Shown: positions 9,405 to 21,512, counted from the stretch's first letter. The stretch: DNA of 64,000 bases from a bacterium (GCA_965216635.1 OZ244188.1:896001-960000), one strand, 5' to 3'. The notes: generated from the letters alone by a model not told the origin. Made by a program: numbers and translations.

Positions 9405-9559
9405 TGGTTATTTAAAAAGATCATATTTAATTACAGGAAAATTGGAGTTGAAGCAAAAAACCAAAAAATTATTAAAAGAAGTTGGTCTCGAAAAACGAGC
9501 AAAAAATTCTGTTGAATTATTAGCAGCTCAATTCTGATGGATTTTTTTTTGAAATGGGG

Positions 9560-9625
9560 TATACCTTTGAATTTCGCTGATGTGACGGCTAGCCAAATGG
9601 TTAGAACAGGTGCGAAAAAAATTTT
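9560..9625 (+). mobile_element. MITE-like element, left-half fragment abutting the ilvD stop
   Basis: tatacctttgaatttcgctgatgtgacggctagccaaatggttagaacaggtgcgaaaaaaatttt matches the other copies. Confidence 0.75.
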
Positions 9626-11299
9626 CTATTTTTCTACAAAATCAGTTACAGCACCTAAAGACGCAGAGGTTACTTGTTTGGTATATTTTGCCAATACTCC
9701 TTTTTTTGGAACCTTATCTAATGGAGTCCAATTCGTTTTTCTTTTTTTTAATTCTTCTTCTGCTATTTCTAGTGAAATTTTACTTTTTTCTATGTCTATG
9801 ACAATACTGTCGCCTTCTTCTATAAAAGCTATCAATCCTCCGCTATAGGCTTCGGGGCTAATATGCCCTACAACAAAGCCGTGACTGCCTCCAGAAAATC
9901 TTCCGTCTGTAATCAAGGCTACATCTTTACCCAATCCTTTACCTATAATAGCTGAAGTAGGCGAGAGCATTTCCCTCATTCCAGGTCCTCCTTTAGGTCC
10001 TTCGTAGCGAATAACAATTACATCTTTTTTTTGAATTTTATCTCCTAAAATAGCTTTTAAAGCCATTTCTTCAGAATTAAAAACTCTTGCTTTGCCTTCA
10101 AAATAGTTCCCTTCTTTACCACTAATTTTAGCAACCGCTCCTTCTGTTGCTAAATTTCCATAGAGAATTTTTAAATGGCTATCTTTTTTAATAGGCATTT
10201 CAAAAGGAGCTATAATAGTTTGTTTTTCGGGGTAAAGTTTTATGTTTTCTAAATTTTCTGCGATTGTTTTTCCTGTAACAGTCAAACAATTTCCATTTAG
10301 CAAACCTTTACTTAAAAGCATTTTCATTAAAGGGCAAACTCCACCAATTTCAATTAATTCTGACATTAAATATTTCCCGCTCGGTTTTACATCAGCAAGT
10401 ACGGGAATATCTTTTCCAATGCGGGTAAAATCGTCTAGCTCTAGCTTTACCCCGACAGAATAAGCAATAGCTAATAGATGCAAAACAACATTGGTAGAAC
10501 CACCACACGCAATAGTGATGATAATTGCGTTCTCAAAGGCTTTTTTAGTAAGAATATCAGAGGGTTTAATATCTTTTTCTATGAGTTGCTTAATCGCCAT
10601 TCCAGCCCTTTGACAATCACTTGTTTTTTCTACAGATTCGGCTTCTTGCGAGGAACTATTGGTAAGGCTCAAACCCAAAGATTCAATGGCTGTTGCCATA
10701 CTATTAGCAGTATACATCCCTCCACAAGAACCAGCCCCCGGTATTGCTTTTTTTTCTACTTCTCGTAGTTCTTCTTCACTAATTTCTTTTTGAGAGTATT
10801 TTCCTACAGCTTCAAAAACACTTACAATATCTGTTCTGTCAGCACCAGGGCGAATACTTCCTCCGTAGATAAAAATAGAGGGGCGATTAAGTCTTGCCAT
10901 AGCCATCACACACCCCGGCATATTCTTATCGCAGCCTCCAATAGTTATTAATCCATCAAACCCTTGTGCTCCAGCCACTGTTTCAATAGAATCGGCAATA
11001 ACTTCTCTGGAAACTAAAGAATAACGCATACCGCTAGTTCCCATAGAAATACCATCGGATACTGTAATTGTATTGAAGGGAACAGCTTTACAATTTGAAC
11101 CTTCAATTCCTTTTTGGGCTTCTTTTGCTAAACGGTCTATGTGCATATTGCAGGGGGTAACCATACTCCAAGTGGAGGCTATACCTACAACCGATTTTTT
11201 AAAATCTTCGTCTCGAAAGCCGACGGCTCGGAGCATTGAACGAGATGGGGCTTTATCGTAACCGTCTACTATTTCGCTAGAGTATTTTCTTTGTGTCAT
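9626..11299 (-). CDS. ilvD: Dihydroxy-acid dehydratase
   Basis: [56 protein letters not shown]. Confidence 0.97.
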   Translation of the reverse strand: MTQRKYSSEIVDGYDKAPSRSMLRAVGFRDEDFKKSVVGIASTWSMVTPCNMHIDRLAKEAQKGIEGSNCKAVPFNTITVSDGISMGTSGMRYSLVSREVIADSIETVAGAQGFDGLITIGGCDKNMPGCVMAMARLNRPSIFIYGGSIRPGADRTDIVSVFEAVGKYSQKEISEEELREVEKKAIPGAGSCGGMYTANSMATAIESLGLSLTNSSSQEAESVEKTSDCQRAGMAIKQLIEKDIKPSDILTKKAFENAIIITIACGGSTNVVLHLLAIAYSVGVKLELDDFTRIGKDIPVLADVKPSGKYLMSELIEIGGVCPLMKMLLSKGLLNGNCLTVTGKTIAENLENIKLYPEKQTIIAPFEMPIKKDSHLKILYGNLATEGAVAKISGKEGNYFEGKARVFNSEEMALKAILGDKIQKKDVIVIRYEGPKGGPGMREMLSPTSAIIGKGLGKDVALITDGRFSGGSHGFVVGHISPEAYSGGLIAFIEEGDSIVIDIEKSKISLEIAEEELKKRKTNWTPLDKVPKKGVLAKYTKQVTSASLGAVTDFVEK

Positions 11300-11327
11300 T
11301 TTTTTCTATTGTTTGATTTTTGTTGTT

Positions 11328-12190
11328 TCAATTATTTAGAGGATCTTTTAAATGCTCTAAAATTATAGGCAAATTATAGTGTTTTACTAGAGCCTGGGTT
11401 CTTTGAAAATTTCTATTAGTTTTGCTTCTTTTGTAAAGAATAATTTTTGCTTTTTTCTTTGATAAATATCCATAAGTAAGGGCTTGAAAAATATTGTCTT
11501 TGTAGTTTGAGTTATCGTAGCCCATTTCAATGGCGTAGGTTTCTGTTTCGCAATCAGATTTTAAAAATTTAGCATACTTTGGGGCGTTTTTATCATTATG
11601 AAAGTCATATCTTACTTCTTGTATGCCTCCAATTTTATCGCAGTAAATTTTATTTGCTTCTTTTTCACCTTTTTTCCTTTTTTTTAATCCACTGATTTTT
11701 TTTTCTTGTTTGAATTTTTTAAAACTACTTATTTGTTTTTCATGTGTTTGTTTTTTCTTTTTGAATTTTCTTTTTTCAAATTCTAATGGAGGCAGCATTA
11801 CCTCTAAAGCTATGGGAAGTTTATAAAAAATTATCACTTCTTTCAATCTTTTGAATTGATTGCTTTTTTTTCCTCTCTTTGAATAAAGAATAATTTTTGG
11901 CTTTTTCTTCGTCAGATAAGAGCCTCGTAGTGCGAAATAAAGCGCATTTGTATAACCTACTTCTCTAGTCACCTCTATAGCATAAATATTTGTTATGCAG
12001 TCTACTTTTACCTTTTTACTTCCTAAAAAATAATATTTTTTTTCAAATTTTCCATTCAATCTGTGGCATATAATTTCATTTGCTTCTCTTAAACTCCCTC
12101 TTTTCTTTTGCTCTGCTAAAATAAACTCACTAAACAAACCCAGTAAAAACAAGCCGGCTATACTTTTTGTAAAATAGGGAGCTATAGTCA

Positions 12191-12191
<1 letters not shown>
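11328..12191 (-). CDS. Putative exported protein with two tandem restriction-endonuclease-like domains
   Basis: N-terminal hydrophobic segment; duplicated motif C..G..E/K..DC.T..YAIE..AL..YL.KKK.KIILY separated by a Lys-rich linker. Confidence 0.55.
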
Positions 12192-13207
<1,016 letters not shown>

Positions 13208-13345
13208 TTAAAGATTTTTATACAAAATCTAATTAAAATTTAATTTAAAATAAATTTTAATTTTATGCAAATTTATTGTTTACTTTAAAAAAAAAAAAGT
13301 TTATAATTAAAAGTTTATAATTGAAAGTTTATTTATTATATTTGT

Positions 13346-15037
13346 ATGAAAAAAATATCTATTAGCTTTTTGTGGGTTGTTTTTTTAATTCAGACACTCA
13401 TACCGTTTTCAAATACACGGGCTGCAGAACTACCTAAAAATATAAAATGGCAGACGGCTTCGCATGAACCTTTTCTTTCTTCTAATAAAGCAAAAAAAGG
13501 GGGAACTTATCGTAATTATATTTCAAGCTATCCTAGCACCTTCCGTTTATATGGACCCAATAGCAATACTGGAGGTTTTGTGGGTTATAATAGGGCTTAT
13601 TCTTTTTGGAGCCTAGTTACCAGACATCCTAATACTTCTAAATTTCTTCCAGAATTAGCAACTCATTGGTATCTGGCAAAGGATCAAAAAACTGCTTATT
13701 TTAAGTTAAATCAAAAGGCTCTTTGGTCCGACGGTGAAAAAATTATTGCAGATGATTATCTTTTTAATTTTGAATTTTTAAAATCTAAATTTATTCAGGC
13801 TCCTTTTTACAATCAATACATCAGAGAAAATATAGCTTCTGTAGAAAAAATAGACGATTATACCATCAAAGTTGTTAGTGTTAAACCAAGTTGGAGATTG
13901 TTAGAGATAGTCAATCTCACCCCTACCCCTCGGCATGCAACAAAATTAGATAAAGACTGGGTAAAAAGAACTCAGTGGCAATCTATTGTTGTGCCGGGAC
14001 CTTATGTTTTGAAAAAATTTAAAAAAAATCAATTTATAGAGTTTCATCGTATTAAAAATTGGTGGGGGAAAAACGAACCAGAATATAAAAACAAGTTCAA
14101 CTTTAATGTGTTACGATTGGATGTTATTCGCAACGAAGCTATAGCCTACGAAGTATTTAAAAAAGGTAAGTTAAGTGTATTTTCCCCCACAGAAGTTCAA
14201 TGGACTAAGGAAACGAATACAGCTGCAATCAAAAAAGGTAACATTTTAAAACATAAATATCCTATAGATGTTTGGACTGGAATTAGAGGAATTATGTTTA
14301 ATACTCAAGATAAAATTTGGTCAAATGTTGTTTTAAGACAAGCTCTGGCTTATACGATTGATTTTGAACAGATCAATAAAAATCAACTCTACAGCTTAAA
14401 TCAAAGGAAAAATAATTTTTTTGATGTGGACCCTCCTTATAAACTAAAAAGAAAAACATACGGGTTTAATTTACAGAAAAGCAATCAAATTCTAGAGCAA
14501 GCAGGATGGAAAAGGTCTAATAAAGATGGTGGTATCCGCTACAAGGACGGGAAAAAACTAACTTTAAGAGTTTTCTATGGAAGTAGTAGGCATAATCCTT
14601 ACCTTGGTACTATAAAGAATAACGCCTTGAAAGCAGGTATCAATTTAGAATTAGTTCTACAGGATGGTGCAGCTTTTTTTCAATCTTTAGAATCTGGAAA
14701 CTATCAGGCTGTAGTGTTATTTTTCGGTGGAGGTAGATATCCGTCTCCTCGTCAATTTTTGCATACAGAAAACAAAAAATCTGGTACAAATAATATTTTT
14801 CTTTTTGGTAATGAAAAACTAGATCAACTGATTGATATTTATGAATTTGATCTCAAAGAAAAGAAAAGAATTGTTGCTATCCAAGAAATTGAAAAAATTG
14901 CCCACGAAAATGTTTTGCTGATTCATTTTTGGGAAAGGCCTTTTGAGCTTTTCTTACGCCATAAGCAAATTCAAGCTCCTCCTTCTTTAGGAACGAAAAG
15001 AGGGATTGATTACGACCTTTTGTGGTATGCAAAGTAA
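13346..15037 (+). CDS. ABC transporter peptide-binding protein, family 5 (YejA-like)
   Basis: Signal peptide; AKKGGTY, LPELATHW, WSDGEKIIADD, PGPYVL, LEQAGW. Confidence 0.85.
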   Translation: MKKISISFLWVVFLIQTLIPFSNTRAAELPKNIKWQTASHEPFLSSNKAKKGGTYRNYISSYPSTFRLYGPNSNTGGFVGYNRAYSFWSLVTRHPNTSKFLPELATHWYLAKDQKTAYFKLNQKALWSDGEKIIADDYLFNFEFLKSKFIQAPFYNQYIRENIASVEKIDDYTIKVVSVKPSWRLLEIVNLTPTPRHATKLDKDWVKRTQWQSIVVPGPYVLKKFKKNQFIEFHRIKNWWGKNEPEYKNKFNFNVLRLDVIRNEAIAYEVFKKGKLSVFSPTEVQWTKETNTAAIKKGNILKHKYPIDVWTGIRGIMFNTQDKIWSNVVLRQALAYTIDFEQINKNQLYSLNQRKNNFFDVDPPYKLKRKTYGFNLQKSNQILEQAGWKRSNKDGGIRYKDGKKLTLRVFYGSSRHNPYLGTIKNNALKAGINLELVLQDGAAFFQSLESGNYQAVVLFFGGGRYPSPRQFLHTENKKSGTNNIFLFGNEKLDQLIDIYEFDLKEKKRIVAIQEIEKIAHENVLLIHFWERPFELFLRHKQIQAPPSLGTKRGIDYDLLWYAK

Positions 15038-15090
15038 AACCCACTCCTCTAAAATGGAAAAGTGGGTAAAATAGGCTTTTATAAAACCTA

Positions 15091-15492
15091 TAAACCTTTG
15101 AATTTCGCTGATACTTCCCACTATTGGGGCTAGCCAAATGGTTAGAACAGGTGCAAAAAAAATTTTTGGGTCGCTGGAATATCGTAACGCCACAACAATG
15201 GGATCAAGGGCACTACAAAAATCGCATAATCCAAAAAAGAAATGTAAAAGAGCCAGTGGCTCTTTTACTAACCCTTATGAAACAGATAGCAAAAGAAAAG
15301 TATTTCAAGGGACAAAATTTTTTTTAATTAATGGCGTAGTGCCACAATAATGGGATCAAGGCACTATAAACCTTACATTAAGCAAGAATAAACTGTGAAA
15401 CAGCCCTTTGGCTGTTTCACAAATAGCCCATAAAAAACGTCAAGCAATAAGCTTGCTTTGGCTAAACTTTGGTAAGCAAATTCAAAAGTCTA
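15091..15492 (+). mobile_element. MITE-like element, longest copy (402 bp)
   Basis: Ends taaacctttgaattt / gcaaattcaaaagtcta; internal hairpins gtagtgcc..ggcacta, gtaaaagagcc..ggctcttttac, tgtgaaacagcc..ggctgtttcaca. Confidence 0.8.
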
Positions 15493-15527
15493 ACCTATTT
15501 AGTAGCAACTTTATGAATTAGTGTTAT

Positions 15528-15806
15528 CTAATTCAAAGCACTTTTTAGTTTAGAGGAGGCTTTAAATTTAGGTACCATTGCTGCTGGTATCTTAATTTTT
15601 TCTCCTGTCTTAGGATTTCTTCCTTCTCTTGCTAGTCTTTTTTTAGATGTAAAACTACCAAAACCCACTAAAGTAATGGATTGACCTTTTTTGAGACCTG
15701 CAATTATATTTTCTACTACAGAATCTAAAGCTTTTTCTGCTACGCTTTTGCTAATATCAGCATCGCTAGCAATGCTAGATACTAATTCAGCTTTTGTTAA
15801 ATTCAT
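15528..15806 (-). CDS. hup: DNA-binding protein HU
   Basis: TKAELV..ITLVGFGSF..AREGRNPKTGEKIKIPA..PKFKA. Confidence 0.95.
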   Translation of the reverse strand: MNLTKAELVSSIASDADISKSVAEKALDSVVENIIAGLKKGQSITLVGFGSFTSKKRLAREGRNPKTGEKIKIPAAMVPKFKASSKLKSALN

Positions 15807-15910
15807 AATCGTATATTTAGTTTATTATTGAAATTAAAACACAGATTGGTTACTATTTAGCCAAAAATTGGCTAGATATAAACCATAAATAAGAATCAAA
15901 AAGTCTCTTA

Positions 15911-16186
15911 TAGACCTTTGAATTTCGCTGATGCTTAACTATCGGGGCTAACCAAATGGTTAGAACAGGTGCGAAAAAAATTTTTAGCTCGCTGGAATAT
16001 CGTAGTGCCACAACAACGAGAGCAGGGAACTACAAAAATCGCATAATCCAAAAAAGAAATGTAAAAGAGCCAGTGGCTCTTTTACTATAACCCTTATGAA
16101 ATAGATAGCAAAAGAAAAATATTTCAAGAGTTAAAAATTTTCTTCAACGCTGCATAGTCTAAACAGAATGCAAATTCAAAAATCTA
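15911..16186 (+). mobile_element. MITE-like element
   Basis: tagacctttgaattt..gcaaattcaaaaatcta with modules shared with 15091-15492. Confidence 0.8.
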
Positions 16187-16238
16187 TCTTATTTACAAGA
16201 CTTTAACTCAATTTATACTAATTTTTTAAAAATAACAA

Positions 16239-17018
16239 GTGATTTTTCAAATATTTAATAAAACAGGCGCATTTTTTTTACTAAAAATCTCTACTTTGGG
16301 TAAAATTGGAGTATTATTATGCGAATCCATTCTTGCCTTATTTGTTCCTCCTTTTCGTTTTAAAATTTTTATTAAACAACTAGAATTTATCGGTAACCGT
16401 TCTTTATCCATTGTTTTATTTACGGCAATGTTTACAGGAATGGTTTTATCTTTGCAAATGTATGAAGCTCTAAGAAAATTTCAATCGGAAAGCCTAGTAG
16501 GAGGTATTGTTGCTCTTTCTCTTACCAAAGAACTGGCACCTGTACTTACTGCTTTAATGGTCACTTCCAGAGCAGGCTCAGCTATAGCTGCTGAAATTGG
16601 TAGCATGAGAGTCACCGAGCAAATAGATGCCTTAGAGGCTATGGCAGTCAATTCGGTGCAATATCTTATTACTCCTAGGATTTTTGCAGGTTTTATTATG
16701 TTACCTATATTGACTATCATCGCAGATGTTGTGGGCGTTATAGGTGGTTATTTGATAGCAGTCTTGTTGTTGAATCTGGATGCAGGTTTGTATTTTAGTA
16801 AAATTATTGATTTAGTTGATATTGCTGATATTCTAGGTGGCTTACTGAAAGCATCTGTTTTTGGTATTTTACTCACTTTTATTGGTAGTTATTTTGGCTA
16901 TACTGCCTCAGGAGGAGCTCAGGGGGTAGGAAATGCCACGACGAAAGCTGTTGTATCTTCTGCCGTGGCGATATTAGCTACAGATTATATTATTACTTCT
17001 TTTTTAATTAGAATTTAA
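16239..17018 (+). CDS. mlaE: MlaE-family ABC permease
   Basis: KELAPVLTALMVTSRAGSAIAAEIGSMRVTEQIDALE, GGAQGVGNATTKAVV. Confidence 0.93.
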   Translation: MIFQIFNKTGAFFLLKISTLGKIGVLLCESILALFVPPFRFKIFIKQLEFIGNRSLSIVLFTAMFTGMVLSLQMYEALRKFQSESLVGGIVALSLTKELAPVLTALMVTSRAGSAIAAEIGSMRVTEQIDALEAMAVNSVQYLITPRIFAGFIMLPILTIIADVVGVIGGYLIAVLLLNLDAGLYFSKIIDLVDIADILGGLLKASVFGILLTFIGSYFGYTASGGAQGVGNATTKAVVSSAVAILATDYIITSFLIRI

Positions 17019-17034
17019 TAGATTGCGATATAGT

Positions 17035-17793
17035 ATGATATTTTTTGATTACTTTCAGATTCTTTGGACAGATTTAGTGGACCTTGTGATACTATTTCTG
17101 TTAATTTATAATATCATTCTTCTCCTACAAGGAACCCGTTCTGTTCAAATATTAATAGGTTTTATAGCTCTGATTGCGCTTTTTTATGCTGCTAAATTTT
17201 TAGAGTTAAATTCCACTTTATGGATACTAAAAAACTTTTTCCAATATATTGTTATTATTATTATTATTATTTTTCAAACGGACATCCGCAACACCCTAGC
17301 CAAATTCGGAAGAACGAGAATTTTAAAAAAAAACAGAAAAATCAACCTTATAGATATTATCCGTATTACCAGAACGCTGGAGATTGCACAACAAACGAAT
17401 ACGGGAATGATAATCGTTTTTGAGCAACAAATAGGCTTGGGAGAATATATTAAGACAGGCGTAAATATCCACGGAGCAATTTCTAGTCCATTATTATTGA
17501 GTATTTTTAACACAAAATCTCCCATGCACGACGGTGCAGTTATTATAGATACTAATTTTTCTATAGCTGCTGCTAGTTGCATTTTGCCGCTTACCTCTAG
17601 AATTGATTTGCGTGCAAAATATGGTACTAGGCATAGAGCTGCTATTGGTTTATCTGAGATTTGCGATGCCTTGATTTTTGTTGTTAGTGAAGAAAGTGCT
17701 CAAATCACTCTTTTTCATGGAGAAAAGATAATAGAAAATTTAAATACCAATAAAGTAGAAGATATATTGAAAAATCATCTCTTGAAAAAATAA
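17035..17793 (+). CDS. cdaA: Diadenylate cyclase CdaA/DacA
   Basis: Three N-terminal TM segments; SPMHDGAVII, GTRHRAAIG, VVSEE. Confidence 0.92.
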   Translation: MIFFDYFQILWTDLVDLVILFLLIYNIILLLQGTRSVQILIGFIALIALFYAAKFLELNSTLWILKNFFQYIVIIIIIIFQTDIRNTLAKFGRTRILKKNRKINLIDIIRITRTLEIAQQTNTGMIIVFEQQIGLGEYIKTGVNIHGAISSPLLLSIFNTKSPMHDGAVIIDTNFSIAAASCILPLTSRIDLRAKYGTRHRAAIGLSEICDALIFVVSEESAQITLFHGEKIIENLNTNKVEDILKNHLLKK

Positions 17794-18794
17794 TGCAAAA
17801 AAAATTTATTTTTCCAAAAATAAAAAAAATATTAGGCTGGAGACTGCTATCTAGCTTTTTTATAAAAAACTTTCCACAAAAAATAGCTGCGGTTATTTTA
17901 GCCATAGTCATTTGGGTGTTTGTTGGCAACCAAAACCCTTTAGATACTACAGAATATCAAATTTCGGTACCTATTTCTTATACTAATATTCCTAAAGATT
18001 TAGCTGTAGTTAGTCCATTAGTAGAAAATGTAAATTTTAGAGTAACTGCTCAAAAACAAGACCGTTCTTCTATAAAGCCATCTAATTTTCAAGTCATTGT
18101 GGACTTGCAAAAAATCCAAGAAGGAGAGAATGAAATTTTACTTACATCTTCTCTTATTCAAAGTGATGTTAATTACAACCTTATTGCTCTTCTTCCCAAT
18201 CGACTCAATATTGTAACAGAGCCTACAGTGGAAAAAATAGTTCCCATTCGGATTACACTTGTAGATAATTTAGGAGATAATACAGTGATTATAGAAATTC
18301 AAAAAACGCCTAATTTTGTTTCTATTAAAGGAGCTAGATCAATCGTAAAAAACCTAGAATACATAGAGACATTGCCTGTAGAAATTGCCAATGATAGAAT
18401 AAGTTCTGAAAATTCGTATGAATTTGTTGTTAGTCTACAACCTCCTCCTAATGTTATTCTTTTAGAGACGATTGAAAATGTTTCAGGCACTATTTTTTTG
18501 GGAGCAGAGGTAGGTAATTTATTGGTAGAAAATGTTCCAGTATTTACGGCAGGAGGCTCCTTTGAGACCCGTATTAATCCAAAAATAATCAATCTTTTAT
18601 TATCAGGAGCAAAACCTATTCTTCAAAAAATCAACAAAAAAAACATTAAAGCCTATATCCGTTTAAGTAATTATAAACCCGGTAAATACGTAATTAAAGA
18701 TTTTGATTTAAATTTGTCTTCAGAGATTCTTATTAAAAGAGCTTGGCCTCCCATAGATGTATGGATTTTAGAAAATAAAAAAAAACAACCTTAA
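17793..18794 (+). CDS. cdaR: YbbR-domain protein CdaR
   Basis: KIAAVILAIVIWVFV membrane anchor, repeated YbbR-like beta domains, overlaps the cdaA stop. Confidence 0.85.
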   Translation: MQKKFIFPKIKKILGWRLLSSFFIKNFPQKIAAVILAIVIWVFVGNQNPLDTTEYQISVPISYTNIPKDLAVVSPLVENVNFRVTAQKQDRSSIKPSNFQVIVDLQKIQEGENEILLTSSLIQSDVNYNLIALLPNRLNIVTEPTVEKIVPIRITLVDNLGDNTVIIEIQKTPNFVSIKGARSIVKNLEYIETLPVEIANDRISSENSYEFVVSLQPPPNVILLETIENVSGTIFLGAEVGNLLVENVPVFTAGGSFETRINPKIINLLLSGAKPILQKINKKNIKAYIRLSNYKPGKYVIKDFDLNLSSEILIKRAWPPIDVWILENKKKQP

Positions 18795-18797
18795 GCG

Positions 18798-19685
18798 TTG
18801 AATATGCCTCAAAATTTGTCGTGGAAAGATATAGACGCAGTTTGTGTGTTGTCTCCTAATGACCCAGAAAGAAAAAAACAGTTCTTAAACTTAAAAAAAA
18901 CTCTGCCTCAATTAAAGACATTTCCTGCGATTATGGGAAGCAATTTAACCCATAAAGATATACAGTCTTTACTAGCGAAAAAAATTCTAGATAAAGGGAG
19001 TATTTCTTTTACTCACAGTGGAGAAATAGGATGTTATTTATCTCACCTACAAATTTTAAAGAACTTTGTTTTGTCTCAAAAAAAATACTGTTTAATATTT
19101 GAAGACGATATGCGTTTAGAAAAAAATTTCACGAAACACCTCAAAGAAGCACTACTAGAATGTCCTGAAAATTGGGATTTCCTTTATCTTTGGGCATGGC
19201 CCATACAAAAGAAATCATGTACCTTCATAAAAAGTAAAAAGTATATTCTTAAAGCTACTAGGATCGGAGGATCTTGTGCTTATGTGGTAAATCAAAAGGG
19301 AGCAAAAAAAATTGTAAATAACATTCAACCTATGAGAGCAAAGGTTATAGATAGACACTTTGGCGATTTAGTAAATCAAAATAAGTTACAAGCTTTTATC
19401 ACAAAAAAAGTAATCACTGAAAATTTAGGGGTGCGTCAAGGATCCAAATTGCCCACTACTATTCATAACACTAGTTATTTGCAATTTTTTCCTCTAAAAC
19501 AATTCATTTTTTGCTTTTTTTACTTAGGTTATTTCTTTTTATTTTGTATTCCAATAAAAGTTGTTTTTAACTACTGGCTACCATTAAGTAACTATGCTTT
19601 AAAAAGATTTGATTTTTTTGCTTTTTTTTTAATGCAAACCAAATCTAAAATAAAAAAAATTTTTGTCTTTTTAAAAAAAAAATAA
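18798..19685 (+). CDS. Glycosyltransferase family 25, paralog 1
   Basis: GEIGCYLSH, LIFEDD, WDFLYL, AYVVN..GAKK, ID. Confidence 0.88.
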   Translation: MNMPQNLSWKDIDAVCVLSPNDPERKKQFLNLKKTLPQLKTFPAIMGSNLTHKDIQSLLAKKILDKGSISFTHSGEIGCYLSHLQILKNFVLSQKKYCLIFEDDMRLEKNFTKHLKEALLECPENWDFLYLWAWPIQKKSCTFIKSKKYILKATRIGGSCAYVVNQKGAKKIVNNIQPMRAKVIDRHFGDLVNQNKLQAFITKKVITENLGVRQGSKLPTTIHNTSYLQFFPLKQFIFCFFYLGYFFLFCIPIKVVFNYWLPLSNYALKRFDFFAFFLMQTKSKIKKIFVFLKKK

Positions 19686-19725
19686 TTTTACGCCAATAAA
19701 TATTACATCGCAATTCAAATTTCCT

Positions 19726-20601
19726 ATGAAAGATATAGATGCAGTTTGTATAGTAACTCCAAACAACCGAGAAAGAAAAAAACAATTCTTAAAATTAAAA
19801 AAAACTCTGCCTCAATTAAAGGCATTTCCAGCGATTATAGGAAATGCTTTAACCCACAAAAACATCAATTCTCTGCTTGAAAAAAAAATATTAGATAGAT
19901 GGAGTGTTTTTTTTTCTCGCAGTGGAGAAATAGGATGTTATTTATCTCACTTACAAATTTTACAAGATTTTTCAAATTCCAAGCAGAGATATAAATTAAT
20001 ATTAGAAGACGATATGCGTTTAGAAAAAAATTTCACGAAACACCTCAAAGAGGCACTACTAGAATGCCCTGAAAATTGGGATTTCCTTTATCTCTATGCT
20101 AACCCCATACAAATGAAACTATCTACTACTATAAAAGGCAAAATGCATATTCTTAAAGCCCCAAGGCTTTGGGGAACTTGCGCTTATGTGGTGAGTCAAA
20201 AAGGAGTCAAGAAAATTATAAATAATATTCAGCCTATGAGAGCAAATCCTATAGACGAACACTTTGGAGATCTAGTAGATCAAAAAAAATTGAAAGCTTT
20301 TGTAACAAAAAAAACAATTACTAAACATTTAGAATATCTTTATAGGAATGCTAGTAATCAATTTTCTAGCACTATCCACAATACAGAAAATTTAATGTTT
20401 TCATCTATCAGACAGGAACTCTTTATTTTTTTATATCTATGTTATTTTTTTTCGCTTTGTATTCCTATAAAAATTATTTCAAATTATTGGTTGCCATCTA
20501 GCGAATTTGGATTAAAAAGGTTTCCTCTTCTTTTTTTAACAAAAATAAAATCTAAAATAAAAGATTGTTTCAAGTTTCCTCTTCTTTTTTTAAAAAAATA
20601 A
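19726..20601 (+). CDS. Glycosyltransferase family 25, paralog 2
   Basis: GEIGCYLSH, LILEDD, GTCAYVVS, PIDEHF. Confidence 0.88.
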   Translation: MKDIDAVCIVTPNNRERKKQFLKLKKTLPQLKAFPAIIGNALTHKNINSLLEKKILDRWSVFFSRSGEIGCYLSHLQILQDFSNSKQRYKLILEDDMRLEKNFTKHLKEALLECPENWDFLYLYANPIQMKLSTTIKGKMHILKAPRLWGTCAYVVSQKGVKKIINNIQPMRANPIDEHFGDLVDQKKLKAFVTKKTITKHLEYLYRNASNQFSSTIHNTENLMFSSIRQELFIFLYLCYFFSLCIPIKIISNYWLPSSEFGLKRFPLLFLTKIKSKIKDCFKFPLLFLKK

Positions 20602-20627
20602 AAGAATTTTTGAGAAAAAAATAACCT

Positions 20628-21512
20628 ATGTTAAAAGAATTTAAATTTCCTGTACAAAAAATACCTGCAGTTTGCATAGTATCTCCAAACAACCCAGAGA
20701 GAAAAAAACAGTTTTTAAAACTAAAAAAAACTCTGCCTCAATTAAAAGCATTTCCAGCAATTATGGGAACAGCTTTAACCAAAAAAGATATTCCGTCTTT
20801 ACTAACAAAAAAAATACTAGACAAACTAAGCATTTCTTTTTCTTTAAAGGGGGAAATTGGAGTTTATCTATCCCAGTTACAAATTTTAAAGAACTTTATC
20901 CAATCCAAACAAAAATACTGTTTAATATTTGAAGACGATATGCGGTTAGAAAAAAATTTTACGAATGATTTAAGAGATGCATTGCAAGAATGTCCAACAG
21001 ATTTTGATTTTCTTTATCTTTACGCTGACCCCGAACAAAAAAAACTATCTACTACTATCAAGAACAAAAAATATATTCTCAAAGCCCCTAGACTTTGGTC
21101 TGCTTGTGCCTATGTAGTAAGCCAAAAAGGAGCAAAAAAAATTGCAAATAATATTCAACCTATGAGAGCAACTCCTATAGACGAACACTTTGGAAAATTA
21201 GTAACTCAAAATAAATTACAAGCCTTTGTAACTAAAAAAAAAATTACTAGCAACCTAGGAGATCTTTATCTAGGCAACACCAATCAATTAGCTACTACCA
21301 TTCAAAATTCTAGTTATTTATCTATTTTTTTTCTATTCCAAATAGTTTTGCGTTTTTTTCATTTTTTTTATTTCTTTTTGTTTTGCATTCCTTCAAGAAT
21401 TATTTTTTGTTATTGGCCTCCTTTGAGTAGCTATGGGATAAGGCGGTTTTCTCTTTGGAAAATTAAGGTTTTTCTAGATTCTTTTAAAAAAAATAAAACC
21501 TCTAAAATCTAG
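20628..21512 (+). CDS. Glycosyltransferase family 25, paralog 3 (GVYLSQ variant)
   Basis: GEIGVYLSQ replaces GCYLSH; LIFEDD and PIDEHF retained. Confidence 0.85.
   Translation: MLKEFKFPVQKIPAVCIVSPNNPERKKQFLKLKKTLPQLKAFPAIMGTALTKKDIPSLLTKKILDKLSISFSLKGEIGVYLSQLQILKNFIQSKQKYCLIFEDDMRLEKNFTNDLRDALQECPTDFDFLYLYADPEQKKLSTTIKNKKYILKAPRLWSACAYVVSQKGAKKIANNIQPMRATPIDEHFGKLVTQNKLQAFVTKKKITSNLGDLYLGNTNQLATTIQNSSYLSIFFLFQIVLRFFHFFYFFLFCIPSRIIFCYWPPLSSYGIRRFSLWKIKVFLDSFKKNKTSKI

Noticed and set aside
2462..9560. Classical integron or prophage
   Set aside because: No integrase, no recognisable attC palindromes and no phage structural genes; the boundaries are direct repeats of host sequence
14877..15350. 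Short ORFs such as [10 protein letters not shown].. (also 9537-9848 and 31738-31941)
   Set aside because: They arise from the MITE-like element or are antisense to real genes; no transposase motifs
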